NCBI GenBank assembly: GCA_010909165.1
Contig: MU008220.1
Span: forward strand, 124,001-188,000
Origin: Anthoceros angustus
Taxonomy: Eukaryota; Plantae; Anthocerotophyta
Reading direction: 5' to 3'
Length of the DNA: 64,000 nt
Part shown: positions 1-10,509 of the stretch, piece after piece
Layout: every line of letters begins with the position of its first letter
Position numbering within the stretch: position 1 is the stretch's first letter
Program-made: the position numbers and the translations under genes
Notes under the pieces: generated by a model
Seen by the model: only the letters and a program-made list of their open reading frames with translations
What the model was told of the DNA's origin: nothing
The model's database searches: none

Positions 1-20
1 TCAACATTCTATCTCCAATA
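1..20 (-). repeat. Start of the 3' LTR of copia element 1
   Basis: Exact 20-nt match to 6579-6598, immediately after the PPT on the minus strand. Confidence 0.9.
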
Positions 21-30
21 CTCCCACTTG
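21..30 (-). promoter_or_regulatory. Polypurine tract (PPT)
   Basis: Minus strand reads caagtgggag directly before the LTR start TATTGGAG. Confidence 0.8.
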
Positions 31-319
31 TTGATCATTGCATAAAAGGACAGTCTTCTTCTCCGCGCGCTCCTTGTGAAAGCTGCTGCTTTTGAGCTTG
101 AGTGTGTGTGTACCAGATTGGCAGCTCCAGGCAACCGACTTCATAAGAGCGTAATGGAACAGCTCAGTGTGAAGGCGATCCCTTACAGGTGTGCCATAAG
201 CATAATAGCCGCTTACGTCCGTTTTCATTACATCACGGCTTTTGGGCGTGACTCTAAGCAAGATGTCTGCTTCTGAGTCTGAAGACCTCTCCTTACCTGC
301 CAAACATCGTGTCTACCAT

Positions 320-1179
320 AGGGATGCTCTAGGGTTTCTGCAACTAAAACGATTGCCTCTTCTTCTCGTGAGAAGGAAGGAGCGGCTCGAGCGCAAGCGG
401 TAGGACTTCTGGCGGGCGCCGCCTAGAGGCGGCCAAGGGGACAACGAGGGCAGTGCTTGAGCAACGCCGCTGAGCGCTGCGGCCGGCAGAAGAAGGCAGC
501 GGCTAAGCAGCCAAGAGCGGCATGGGGGCACCATCCCGTCGTTCTACACCGCCTGAACCTGTAAGACAGACATTCTCATGAGCTTCATTTGATGCCCACA
601 GATGTGAGGGGTGAATTCTAGTACGCCTCCCGTGAGCCACATCCTCCTGCGCCACCCAAATTCCCTGAGCCCAAAGGAGTTCGCCGACAAGTTGTCACCC
701 TCGGCTCGTTTGGAAATACATTTGGTATAGGTGTGCAGCCTCAGGGCTGAAGATGGTCCGCGTTCGCGTCCAAGATTGCCCAGGTTTTAAAGACCATGTC
801 ATCAGCTTCTACAGTAAGTTGCTTAAACTGTTTGTGGCAATCTTCCCTGTTGCATTTTTGCTGTGAGCAACATGTTTGAGCAGCCCCCTGCTAACTTGCG
901 TGTATCGACCTTGTTCATGTGTGTTGCTCCCCTCACTCCCAGCGTCAAGAACTGGAGGAAGAGAGAGCTGGAGACAAAGAGAGGATTTTCATACCAGAGA
1001 GAAAGGCGGAATTCCCCTGTTACGGTGGAGAAACGTTCACCTCCAAGTCAGATAGTCTTGCTTCCTGGGAGAAGATTTCAGACTCTTCCCCTTCAGTCAG
1101 CATGGGATCCTTGAGGTCTGCTGTGGATTACAGTACCAATGACTCGGACGATGACAGTAATGATTGGGGCTGCACCTAG
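320..1179 (+). pseudogene. Putative frameshifted antisense ORF between RNase H and PPT of copia element 1
   Basis: A ~1.15 kb GC-balanced spacer with protein-like + strand segments: PHPPAPPKFPEPK, KMVRVRVQDCPGFKDHVISFYSKLLKLF, SNMFEQPPANLRVSTLFMCVAPLTPSVKNWRKRELE, and an acidic end DYSTNDSDDDSNDWGCT* at 1179. Start position uncertain; no homolog recognised. Confidence 0.45.
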
Positions 1180-1187
1180 CTGTTAGG

Positions 1188-1700
1188 CTAGGTTTTGGTA
1201 GGTGGGGCCTCTGGGTAGCCTTCATGGTTGCCCATGCCAAGACTTTTCATGTGTCTGTAGTGTACATCCCTGCTGAGGGACTTAGTGAACACATCTGCTG
1301 GATTCTCTGCGGTTGGTATATATTCCAGCATGATTTGACCAGACTTGATGAGGTCCCTGATGAAGTGATACTCCACCTCCACGTGTTTCGTGCGAGAGTG
1401 GAATACGGGATTTTTAGCCAAGTTCATTGATCCATGGTTGTCTGTTTTTATCGTGGTGCAGGTTGGGAGTGGCAGCCCTAGTTCCTTGAACAACAATTTG
1501 CACCAAGCAATCTCCTTGGCTGAAACACGATACTCAGCCTCGATGCTTGATGTGGCAACGGTGGGCTGTTTTTTACTGGACCAGCAAATAGGTCCACTGC
1601 TACCATAACGACGTGCCACAGGCGATCTTGTGTATCAACATCTCCGCATAGTCAGTCGTGTATACATCCAACTCGATGTACGCCATGAATAATGTCGAAC
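1188..1700 (-). pseudogene. pol: Copia RNase H domain
   Basis: WSSKKQPTVATSSIEAEY, DNHGSMNLAKNPVFHSRTKHVEVEYHFIRD, ENPADVFTKSL. Confidence 0.96.
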
Positions 1701-2600
1701 TTGATCCCTATGTTTGATGTTCCTTCAAGTACCTAACGACTCTCTTAACTCCTGTCCAGTGTTTTTGTCCAGGATTTTCAAGATATTGAGAGTACGCTTG
1801 TGGTATAGGCAACATCGGTGTGTGTTGGTGCATAGATAAGTTTGCCAATGCCCTTCCTGTAAGGGATTGACCTCATCTCGTCTTTATCGCTTTGTGTTTC
1901 AGGACTCATGGACTTGCTAAACTTCAGTCCACAAGGTAGTGGGGTAGCTGTTGGTTTTGCATCCTTCAAGCCAAGCTGTTCAGCACATTCTAACAGGTAG
2001 TGAGGTTGTGTAAGAGATATAGATCTATTTTTCCTATCCCTTTGAATAAGGACTCCCAGACAGCTTTGAAGAGCTCCAAGATTCGTCATTTCAAACTTGG
2101 TAGCTAGCAGCTTGTTAATCTTGGTGATGAATGTGGGGCTATTGCAGGATAGAATCAAGTCATCTACATATCGCAAGATAGCATACCACATCACGGATCA
2201 CAGTGGTTTCTTTGCATATGATTTCCGTTAATGCGATGTAAAATATTGTCTTTACGTGAACATGTCTAACTCATAATCGATGTCTTTGTCGGGCACATAT
2301 AGTACGAAAAGTGGCTTCAGCGGAGCATATGTCTCAAAGTAATCCAGACCAGGCACTTGTGAAAAACCACGAGCTACAAGTCGTGCTTTGTACCTGTCGA
2401 ATGTTCTCTCTGCCTTCACCTTTAATTTAAACACCCACTTGCATGATACCACCTTTCGTCCAAGAGGTAACTTAGCAAGTATCCATGTCCCATTCTTGAT
2501 CAATGAATCGTATTTTGATTGAATTGCCTTGTTCCACTCTGCAGAATCAGGACGACTAAGTGCTTCCTCATAGGACTGTGGTTCAACAGGGTCTAGGTAG
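1701..2600 (-). pseudogene. pol: Copia reverse transcriptase (RVT_2), frameshifted
   Basis: NGTWILAKLPLGRKVVSCKWVFKLK, RYKARLVARGFSQVPGLDYFETYAP, YVDDLIL, PYRKGIGKLIY. Confidence 0.96.
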
Positions 2601-2999
2601 GTAGCATTAGCTATTGCTCTTCGAAAGTCCTGTGACTAATAATAGTCCGGTGCCCGTCTTTCTCTTGTAGGGTAACGGCGCTCAGGCTGTGGTGGAATTT
2701 CAGGTTCCAAAGGCTGAAGTTCAGGTTCAACTTCTGCATCACTGTCAGAAGGATCTGGAGGATCAGCATCGTCCTCAACATCATCCTCGTCAATGTCTGG
2801 GTCAGGGTTGGGCGAAGGTAAAAGGTCAGGTGGTGGAACTGGAGGAGGTTGCTGCTGCAAGGTTCAGCAAAATCAGCTTCATCTGCCTGCTCCTGCTCAT
2901 CATGTTGCTGTTCATCCCCCTAGACAATCTCCTCAAGGCGAGAATCGGAAAAGCGGTGACATCGGCAAGGCAGAAGGTCAAGATCCTCTGGGAGAGTAG

Positions 3000-3860
3000 C
3001 TCCCATTTGCGCCAAGTTCGACCTTCATCAAAGGTCACCGCGTGCATAGACCACCTTGTTCGAGTCGTCATAGAGCTTGTAAGCTTTTATACCTTGGTAT
3101 CCTATCATAAGATATTTCTTGGCCTTAGCGGTAACTTTGTTCTCTTGGCCTTAGGGATGAAGGCGTAAGCGATACATCCGAAAGTACGAAGATGTAGGAT
3201 AGCTGGCTTCCTGCCATAGAAAGCTTCAAAGGGGTCTCGATTCTGCAGTTGTAGGCAACTTTAAATAAATACAGGTCATAAGGGCTTGACCCGAGGATAG
3301 TGGCAATGAGACTTGATGGAGCATAGATGAAACCATCTCCTGCAGAGTTAGGTTCAAGCGCTCAGCAACACCGTCCTGTTGCGGGGTGTAAACAACTGTA
3401 AGTTGTCTTCCTATCCCTTCGTCCTTGCAATAGGCTTGAAATTCGTTTGATGTGAATTCACCACCATTGTCAGAACGTAGAGTTTTCAGCTGTTTTCCTG
3501 TCCACCTCTCTGCAAGTTTCATATAGTCTTTGAACAGAGAGAAGCATTCACTCTTAGCTTTCAAAATGTAAGCAATGACAAATCTTGTCTTGTCATCTGT
3601 GAATGTGAGGAAGTATCGGCCACCACCAATTGAGGGCTGCGAAAGTGGCCCACATATGTCAGTGTGCACAAGCTCAAGAACTTCTGAAGCCCGGTGAGGA
3701 GCCTTGTTCTTGAAACCATGGCGTTTAGGCGACACACAAGCTTCACGGAGGGTAAGGATGGCAAGCGTCCAATGTTTCCATCCATGCAGTCACTAGCGAC
3801 TAGTTTACGCAACTTAGCGTGAGGGTGACCTAGGCGTATATGCCATAACCTAGCTTTTCT
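3000..3860 (-). pseudogene. pol: Copia GAG-pre-integrase and integrase core
   Basis: LWH.RLGH, ELVHTDICGP, KTLRSDNGGEF, YTPQQDGVAERLN, downstream HLRTFGCIAY-like motif. Confidence 0.95.
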
Positions 3861-3899
3861 TCGCTGTTGTCTACGACTTGGAAGCTAAGTTGGCTTTGG

Positions 3900-4260
3900 C
3901 ATTACTAATGTGAGTGTGCAATCTGAAAAGATCATGGTCTGATGACCCATAAGCTAGGATTTTACGATGATCAAAAGCATCTATTATCCTACATTACATT
4001 GGAGTGAAGAGGATGTGGTTGTTATCCATGTTCAACTTCCTAGCAGTAGGTTCCTTGTCATTTCGGGCACATGATACCGTCGGTAGTAGGGCGTGATGCA
4101 AGGAAGCGGGATTTTCCTGTCTTGATGCACAGGGACACAAGTGAGCTATCGTCACCTAGGTAAACAAAGCGGTCTTTAACTAGTCGTAAAGTGAATGAGT
4201 TTCTCGAAACAAATGTCTTGTTGTGCACCTGTCAAGGAACCATTCTTGTGTGGGGTTTGC
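3900..4260 (-). pseudogene. pol: Copia aspartic protease region, frameshifted
   Basis: WFLD-GA-type motif near 4245; colinear with the cleaner element-2 copy (EWFLDTGATAHICFD, YHVPEMTRNLISV). Confidence 0.85.
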
Positions 4261-4399
4261 CTTGAGTATTCTTGTGAGACATGTGGGGTTTGCAAGAGGG
4301 GAGTAAACTTCCATTCCCCTTTGTTAGGGCTGAAGGAGAGCCTTGTTTGTCACCAACATGTGTCGAGAAGTGGAGTTACCATCCTTGCGAGGTACTCGG

Positions 4400-5185
4400 A
4401 CCTTCTTTCGACAATCATTCTCCCAATGGCACGGAATCGGCACCGTGGCATTTTCCAGCTTCTTGGGCTTCTTGTGTAGTAGCTCTTGCTAGCACCGAGT
4501 ATGTAGTTTACCTACGAAGTTGGCTTTCCTTTCCTTTGTTAGTGGTGCTCCCGCGGCTCGCTTGCCTCCCTCTTGTTGCCTCTTCACGAAGAAGAGCTCC
4601 CACTAACTCTGAAAATGTTGTTGGGGTAATGTAACTCCTGCACCTTAGCTATCTTACATCCTTGAAGGTGCGAGGCATTGTAGGAGGAGGTTAAGTGTGA
4701 CCACGCCTCGAGCGAGACATCATGAAGTCATGTGAGCAAGTCATCCTTGATGCTTTCTTGAGAAGCACTCTCAAGTTTAGACACCATTGATCTAAAATGT
4801 CCAAGATGTTTCTCAATTGTATCTCCATCTCTCATTTTGCGATTGAAGATTGCGAAATCTTTGTCATCGACTTGTTGAATTGGCTCCCGAATGGTCTTGA
4901 AGTCTGACCAAATCTCACTTTGCATCGTCAGGTCTATCTCAACATGTCGAGGTTAGGCCTCCTAATGAGGTCTTGAGCATATTCATCGCCAGCGGTCCAA
5001 GCATCCGCAATTTCTTTTCGCAATTGAAGGAGTGGAATCAGTGCAGTTAGGAGAAACAAGTCTTCACTTCACCAGCGCTTGTGTTGCAATGATCCGCATC
5101 CGCATTACCCATATATCGTAATCTGTCCCCCCAAACTGTCTTTTTCCTTGAATGCATCACCACTTGAATTGCTCGAGTCAGCCAT
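4400..5185 (-). pseudogene. gag: Copia gag, frameshifted
   Basis: ATG at 5185, MADSSNSS...DYDIWVMRMR; KMRDGDTIEKHLGHFRSMVSKLES; degenerate CCHC knuckle near 4405-4460. Confidence 0.88.
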
Positions 5186-5279
5186 GTTTAGGACTACCGT
5201 TAGTCATTCCTAAATGGATTAATATGGCTGTTAATTTATGCTCTGTCGACATGCGGTCAACGGTGAATGAGCGAAAAGA

Positions 5280-5995
5280 CACTAAGATGCTCTTAATGGG
5301 TATAGCGGCCAATTTACAAAGGGTTAGCGAGGTCGGAGTAGGTTAGTAGCTTGCATATGAACTCTGTTGTCAATCCTTTGTTTCCTAATCTCCCATCTGT
5401 TGAATGCGTAGGTAGAGCAAGAAGGACATGAATTTGGAGTGTTAAACAAATGAAACCTATCATTTTACTTGCCTTCTTACATGCAACACCTCACGAATCA
5501 GGTTTGCAAGCAAGGCGTTTCAACAAGGTAGATTTATAATCCAAATGTTCTATCTTCTCATTAGATCTCATGAAGTCTACTAGCGCAAGTCTGGTGATTG
5601 TTTGAAATCTCCTATCGACATGTTGCAGGTGTGCTTCGATCCTAGCATTCAACTGTGTAACACTTGTGTGTGGTGCTACATGTGTGGTCAGGAAACCTCT
5701 TGGGTGACCATTTCCATCAAATGCTCGAACACGCATACGGAAGATTATTAGGGTTTCTAGGTGGAGGGCAAGCAAGATGATGTTGTTCAGGAAAAAGGGT
5801 CTCAATTATAATATTGAAAGACTCCCTTAGTTCCAAGCAAATGAGTTGATTTTGTGTTGAGTCCATTCTTGAGTCGATTGGTGGATTACGCAATCGTGTG
5901 CTGTTTATTTGCGCCTTGCCCTCTGCGTGATCTGTTTGTGGAACTCGCTCAGCAGGGCGTGGCTGCCATTGCTGCCCATCCAATTGATTGGCCAC
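5280..5995 (-). CDS. Extra ORF upstream of gag (ORF0) in element 1; unknown protein with CPSC motif; frameshifted as sequenced
   Basis: LELRESFNIIIETLFPEQHHLA..PPPRNPN..RAFDGNGHPRGFLTTHVAPHTSVTQLNARIEAHL..EKIEHLD..ACKKASK.DRFHLFNTPNSCPSCSTYAFNRWEIRKQRIDNRVHMQATN. Conserved with 12395-13166, mostly by synonymous substitution. Ends approximate. Confidence 0.8.
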
Positions 5996-6334
5996 AATTT
6001 TGTGTTTTAGAAATGCTTCAAGAAGCATATTGTAATTTCTATTATGATTTTATAAAGAATTTTTGCCACTTCTGGCAGTCCTTCTAGTGTACATGGTGTC
6101 AAATTGCCTTGCAGCAATCTGACAACACGTGCACTAGGACGAACTCCTAGAAATGCAAAATCTTTCTAAATAAAAATCAAAAAAGCAAACTACAATTTGG
6201 TTTCTTGAACATTTTCTTTATTTCTTATTAGAACCTATTTTCTAATCAAGAAACAAACACAAAAATATATATATGCACATCTACATGTGCAGAATTTAAT
6301 GTGCATTCACATGAATGCAATCTACACCTAACAT

Positions 6335-6346
6335 GGCTCGATACCA
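6335..6346 (-). promoter_or_regulatory. Primer binding site (tRNA-iMet type)
   Basis: Minus strand TGGTATCGAGCC versus canonical TGGTATCAGAGC (one base missing), abutting the LTR. Confidence 0.9.
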
Positions 6347-6598
6347 TAACAAAATATGTAATAGTGCGGATCAATTACGTATTGAGTAATTACATTGTTA
6401 TGTATTCATAGAAGAATAGAGTACATAAAACAAGCAAGCAACTGAACTTAACTTAATTGCGAAAAGGCATGACCTTTGGCTAACGGATGTAACCCTAATG
6501 AAAGGGTAAGCAGCTAAAATAAGACTAGATATACATACACACTATATATCGGAATATAACTAAACCCTAAGTAATGACTCAACATTCTATCTCCAATA
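6347..6598 (-). repeat. 5' LTR of copia element 1 (~252 bp)
   Basis: Bounded by the PBS and by the end of identity with 1-20. Minus-strand termini TATT...GTTA. Contains AAACCCTAA at 6562-6570. Confidence 0.88.
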
Positions 6599-8179
6599 AT
6601 CCAAGGAGGAATGTGGAGACTTTATGAAAGGAGCGAGATGGAAAATCCCATTTACCTCGGCGAAAGGGGACAACCCACAACGTGGCACCAGGCCAGGGGG
6701 TAGGGTGCCCCCGCACTAATCTACCCTATAACCCCCAACCGCCCCCAAGATGTCGCCGTCCAAGATAGGGAAGAGCCTACTTACCACTGGTGCCGCCGAT
6801 GCCTCGTCTCCAGCACTCGTGATCGTCCTTCAGTATTCAGCTTCACCTCCATAGCACCTTGTGGAACTACTTTCGCAGACGGCCAGCCGGGCGTACACAG
6901 ATCCCGTGTCGTTGTAGTATGGGGTCCGGTCCCAAGGGAATGCATTACCTTTCCGTCCGCTTGCAATTGCCTACTCGGTTCATCTAACTTACCCTTCTTT
7001 TGCTGCGTTTGGCGACCTTCCAGCGATCCACGGCGGATGACACATGCTCTCGCGTCTTCATGTCCTGCGGACTCTACTGGGCGAGCAGCACCAGCGTAGG
7101 GGCCGGAGGAACCACTCGGTTGGCGTCCATTCTTCACAAGCCCCGGACCGGGGTTTGTATTACCCCCTACACCCTCAGCGTCCGTATCACTCACCTAGCC
7201 ATAGCCGCGCAACTTACTTTATGTCTCACCGTTACATTACTGTACAAGCACGGTATGGCCGAAAGTTTAAGGACTCGTTCTCGTCCCAGTGTTCTCTCTC
7301 TCACCCATGACTCCCTTGCCATTCTACTCTTGTTGATCTCGTCTGCACCCTGAGGTGCTTGGTTGAAGTTGCATGTCCCGGTGAGTGGGTTGCAGCACCT
7401 CTGCGTTTCCGACCGCCTTGATCCAAGTCCATCCGGGCTCTACCGCCCTCACAGTGGCCCTCGGCCTTCGCTCAATCATTGGCCATCGGGGTCCACTACA
7501 GGAAGAGCAGGGGTCCCGGTTCTCCACACCTACACTCACCACCACGCGTTAGGGTCCGTCATCAGAACCTGGATAATTCTCTCCGGAGTAGTCCGCCCGC
7601 TCGGTGAATCGGGACTCGCGTTAGTACTGGACTCACAAAAACCTGCAAGTCTAACGCGGCATCAATCCCAAAAGAAAGATCACATTACTGGGATGGCAAC
7701 CCCCCTCTTATACTACGTTCCGAGGTAGTGCCTTTATTACATTCCTAAATTGGTCCTACTGCCAGCTAACTACGCACGCGCAAGTGGCCCCAGTCCCCCG
7801 CATGGTCCTATCTACATCTACGGCGGTGAGGTTGTTGCTGACTACGGCTGACTCTTGGCCCTGGCAGTCCAATCCCCAGCTTTGGCGCCTGAGGGGCGCC
7901 CAATCGGATTATTCTTGACCCGGGTCTATGCACGCTTAGGTACATCACTTCCATCCAAAATTGGGAGTGATAACTTGCTAAGTAGATGGTGGTAAAAACG
8001 GGGTTCTTTTTTAATCCGTTTCACATACGCCTTAAAATATCTCGGTTTTGGGTGTAACTGTGGTCCGTGGGTTTAGTTGTGGCTTACGCGCTTGCTTTTG
8101 TGGAAGTGGAGCGCGAGATAAAGGTGAGGTTGCCTGTGTTTGTGTGTGGGGTTTGGTCCGAAGTAGATGGGGGAATGCA

Positions 8180-8420
8180 CGTGGGAGAATGGGGAAGTTG
8201 ATGGTGGTGTTGGAGAATGGCGGAGGTTGGTAGTGATGTGGGAGGAAGGGTTTGCGGCGGTGTGGGAGGCATGCTTTGCGGCGATGTGGGAGGGCGGCGA
8301 TGTGGGAGGGCGGCGATATGGGAGGAGGTAGGAGGATGCATTTGGGAGGAGGTGGGGAGGATGAAGGTGTGGGAGGAGGTGGGATGGCGCCAGTGTGGGA
8401 GGGCGGTGGAGGTGTTGGAA
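8180..8420 (+). repeat. G-rich degenerate minisatellite (TGTGGGAGG core)
   Basis: About eight recurrences of (g/a/t)tgggagg at irregular ~15-25 bp spacing; reads as PPTS-rich repeats on the minus strand. Confidence 0.7.
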
Positions 8421-10509
8421 GACTGCGGCGGCGGCTTAGGGTTGACCTCGCTCACAAGACAGGGACATGTCCCTTGCGGACTTTGGTCGCCTGGAGCTGG
8501 ATCTGGATATGGCCGAGGTGGAGATGGCGGGCTTCTTTGCCTCGCGCGTCGAGTTCAGCCCCTCGCAGCCCTCGTGCTCCTGTCCCATCTTTTCCCACCA
8601 CAGCGGTAGTGGCTCGCGACAGTGCGGCCGTGTGTGCCTGGAAGGAGGCAGCTCCGAGTCTTGGTGGTGGGCCAGGCGGACCTTGGATTGGGGCCACAGT
8701 GGCGGGCGCCATCGGATGATGGGCGATATCGGGTTTGCCCGAGTGGCATCTGAAGGGCGATGTTTTGGTGGCGTTTGGTGGGTTTGAGAGAGACCACAGG
8801 GTGGCTAAGTGTTATCCTTGTAGCAGTATGAAGAATCATCGACTGGGATTCTAGCCCTTCTCTCAACGCGTCAAGTGGAGCTCAAATTGTCTTGAGGAGG
8901 TACGTGCCACCCTCTCTCTCGTTTAGTTCCCGATCGGCAACCTCCTCCCCTTTATGATTGTGAGCACCTTTGTATGGGATATACACTTTCCCGTTCACCC
9001 ACCTTCCAATGTTGAAGTTCGACAAGCGTGAGTGCCACTCCTTTACGACACGTCCTCAACTCTTGCTTGAAGCTACTTGCAGTCCAGCTCAGCAACCAGC
9101 ATTTCCTCTCACACTTCAAACCTAGTATGAGACCATGGTGACCATTGGTGTACTACCATAAACAGGATTTTGCAAGCGTTTCTTGACAGGATGATGCCCG
9201 CTTTTGTGGACTACCTGCTCGAGGACTACAAGAGATAACAGCGGGGAGCTGGTCTTCCCTCCCATCAATTTGAATGACTCCGTGACGTAGAGCAAGGTAC
9301 GGGATTTTGGCTTTTTGTTGGGGAGTGACCGTCCTGACAGATGTGGTGGAAGTGGACTCGTGCTGATCGGGTTGATTGGACTTTTTTTTTTGCAGCTTGA
9401 CAACTTGTATGGATCCCGTCACTCTCTGCCCGATGGACTCATGAGGGCACAAAAGGTTGTCATTGCTTCAGATAGAAGGAAACAAATGGCTTGTGCACTT
9501 GACACTGCCAGTTCACATTCATTTCAGTGGACATGTTAATGGTAACATGATGCAGCATAGATTGGGCTAATCATGTCCTGTTTGGTTTTTTCTGCTGTAG
9601 AGTGAAGGCCAGTCTGTAATCATGGAGTGGAGGCTGTTTGGGAGGATGCAAGCTGTGTGGTCGCCCCTCTTGTGGTGAAGTGGGAGGAGCCAGAGTGGCA
9701 ATATGGAAGTTGGGTGTCTTTGGGGTTGGAGCTTGATGTTGCTTGGTTTGTGTAGCTAGAGAAAATGGCATCTATGGGATTTTGGACGATCTTTTCCTTG
9801 CTATTTTCCTTGCTCTTCTACTCATGTTTCCAAGCATATTGCTAGGCGTACTAGGAGTCACTTGCGACGTCAAGAGGATAGATATTGATGTGACATATTG
9901 AGGGCTCCACGCCGCCTAGTGGTCCTAGCCCGCAATGAGCCGGGATGCCTCCTCTAGATCCACGGAAGGTGATTGTTCGACACTACTAGAAACACTGCCT
10001 ATGTAAGCGTTTTTGTTGTAGTTCTTGTTATGGTGATCACAAAGCGTTACAACGGATGGTATGGGAGACTCATCACACAAGCCTAAGTTTGTTACATTGT
10101 CATTACCCTTCTCTCTACTTGAATGGGTGCGACATGCTTCCTTCAAATCCCTCTTTCTCACTTATCTATAGTAAAAATAGTTTCACTACTTGGTACCGGA
10201 GTGAGGTCCCAGTTCTAGTTCCATTGTCGATCGGGCCCGTGAACTCCCTTGTAATTATGTTCATCCACGCCCTCCCACGCGTGGTCCGCAGCCTCTTGTC
10301 ATGCTCGCTTTTTCATGCACCTTCCCTTAAAATATCGGAAACCTCACGCCACATCCACTTGGTGGGTTCCTCTTGCTCGCACACCGGTGGGCGGGTTCTC
10401 CACGCGGAGCGTTTGGCTTTTTTTGTCTTGTCTTGGGTATCCGGGCCCGGGGCGTGCCTTGTGGAAAACCGTGACATGGTGATGTTGTTCGGTACCCTAA
10501 AAAGTATTT

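Larger units (their letters stand above)
1..6598 (-). mobile_element. Ty1/copia LTR retrotransposon, element 1 (near full length; 3' LTR runs off the left edge)
   Basis: Minus-strand order 5'LTR-PBS-gag-PR-INT-RT-RH-PPT-3'LTR. INT precedes RT, which is the copia arrangement. Positions 1-20 are identical to 6579-6598 (tcaacattctatctccaata). Confidence 0.96.

Noticed and set aside
6562-6570. AAACCCTAA as evidence of a telomere
   Set aside because: A single unit inside an LTR, not a tandem telomeric tract.
9981-9992. CACTACTAGAAA, resembling a CACTA terminal inverted repeat
   Set aside because: No matching inverted end, subterminal repeats or transposase found in the window.
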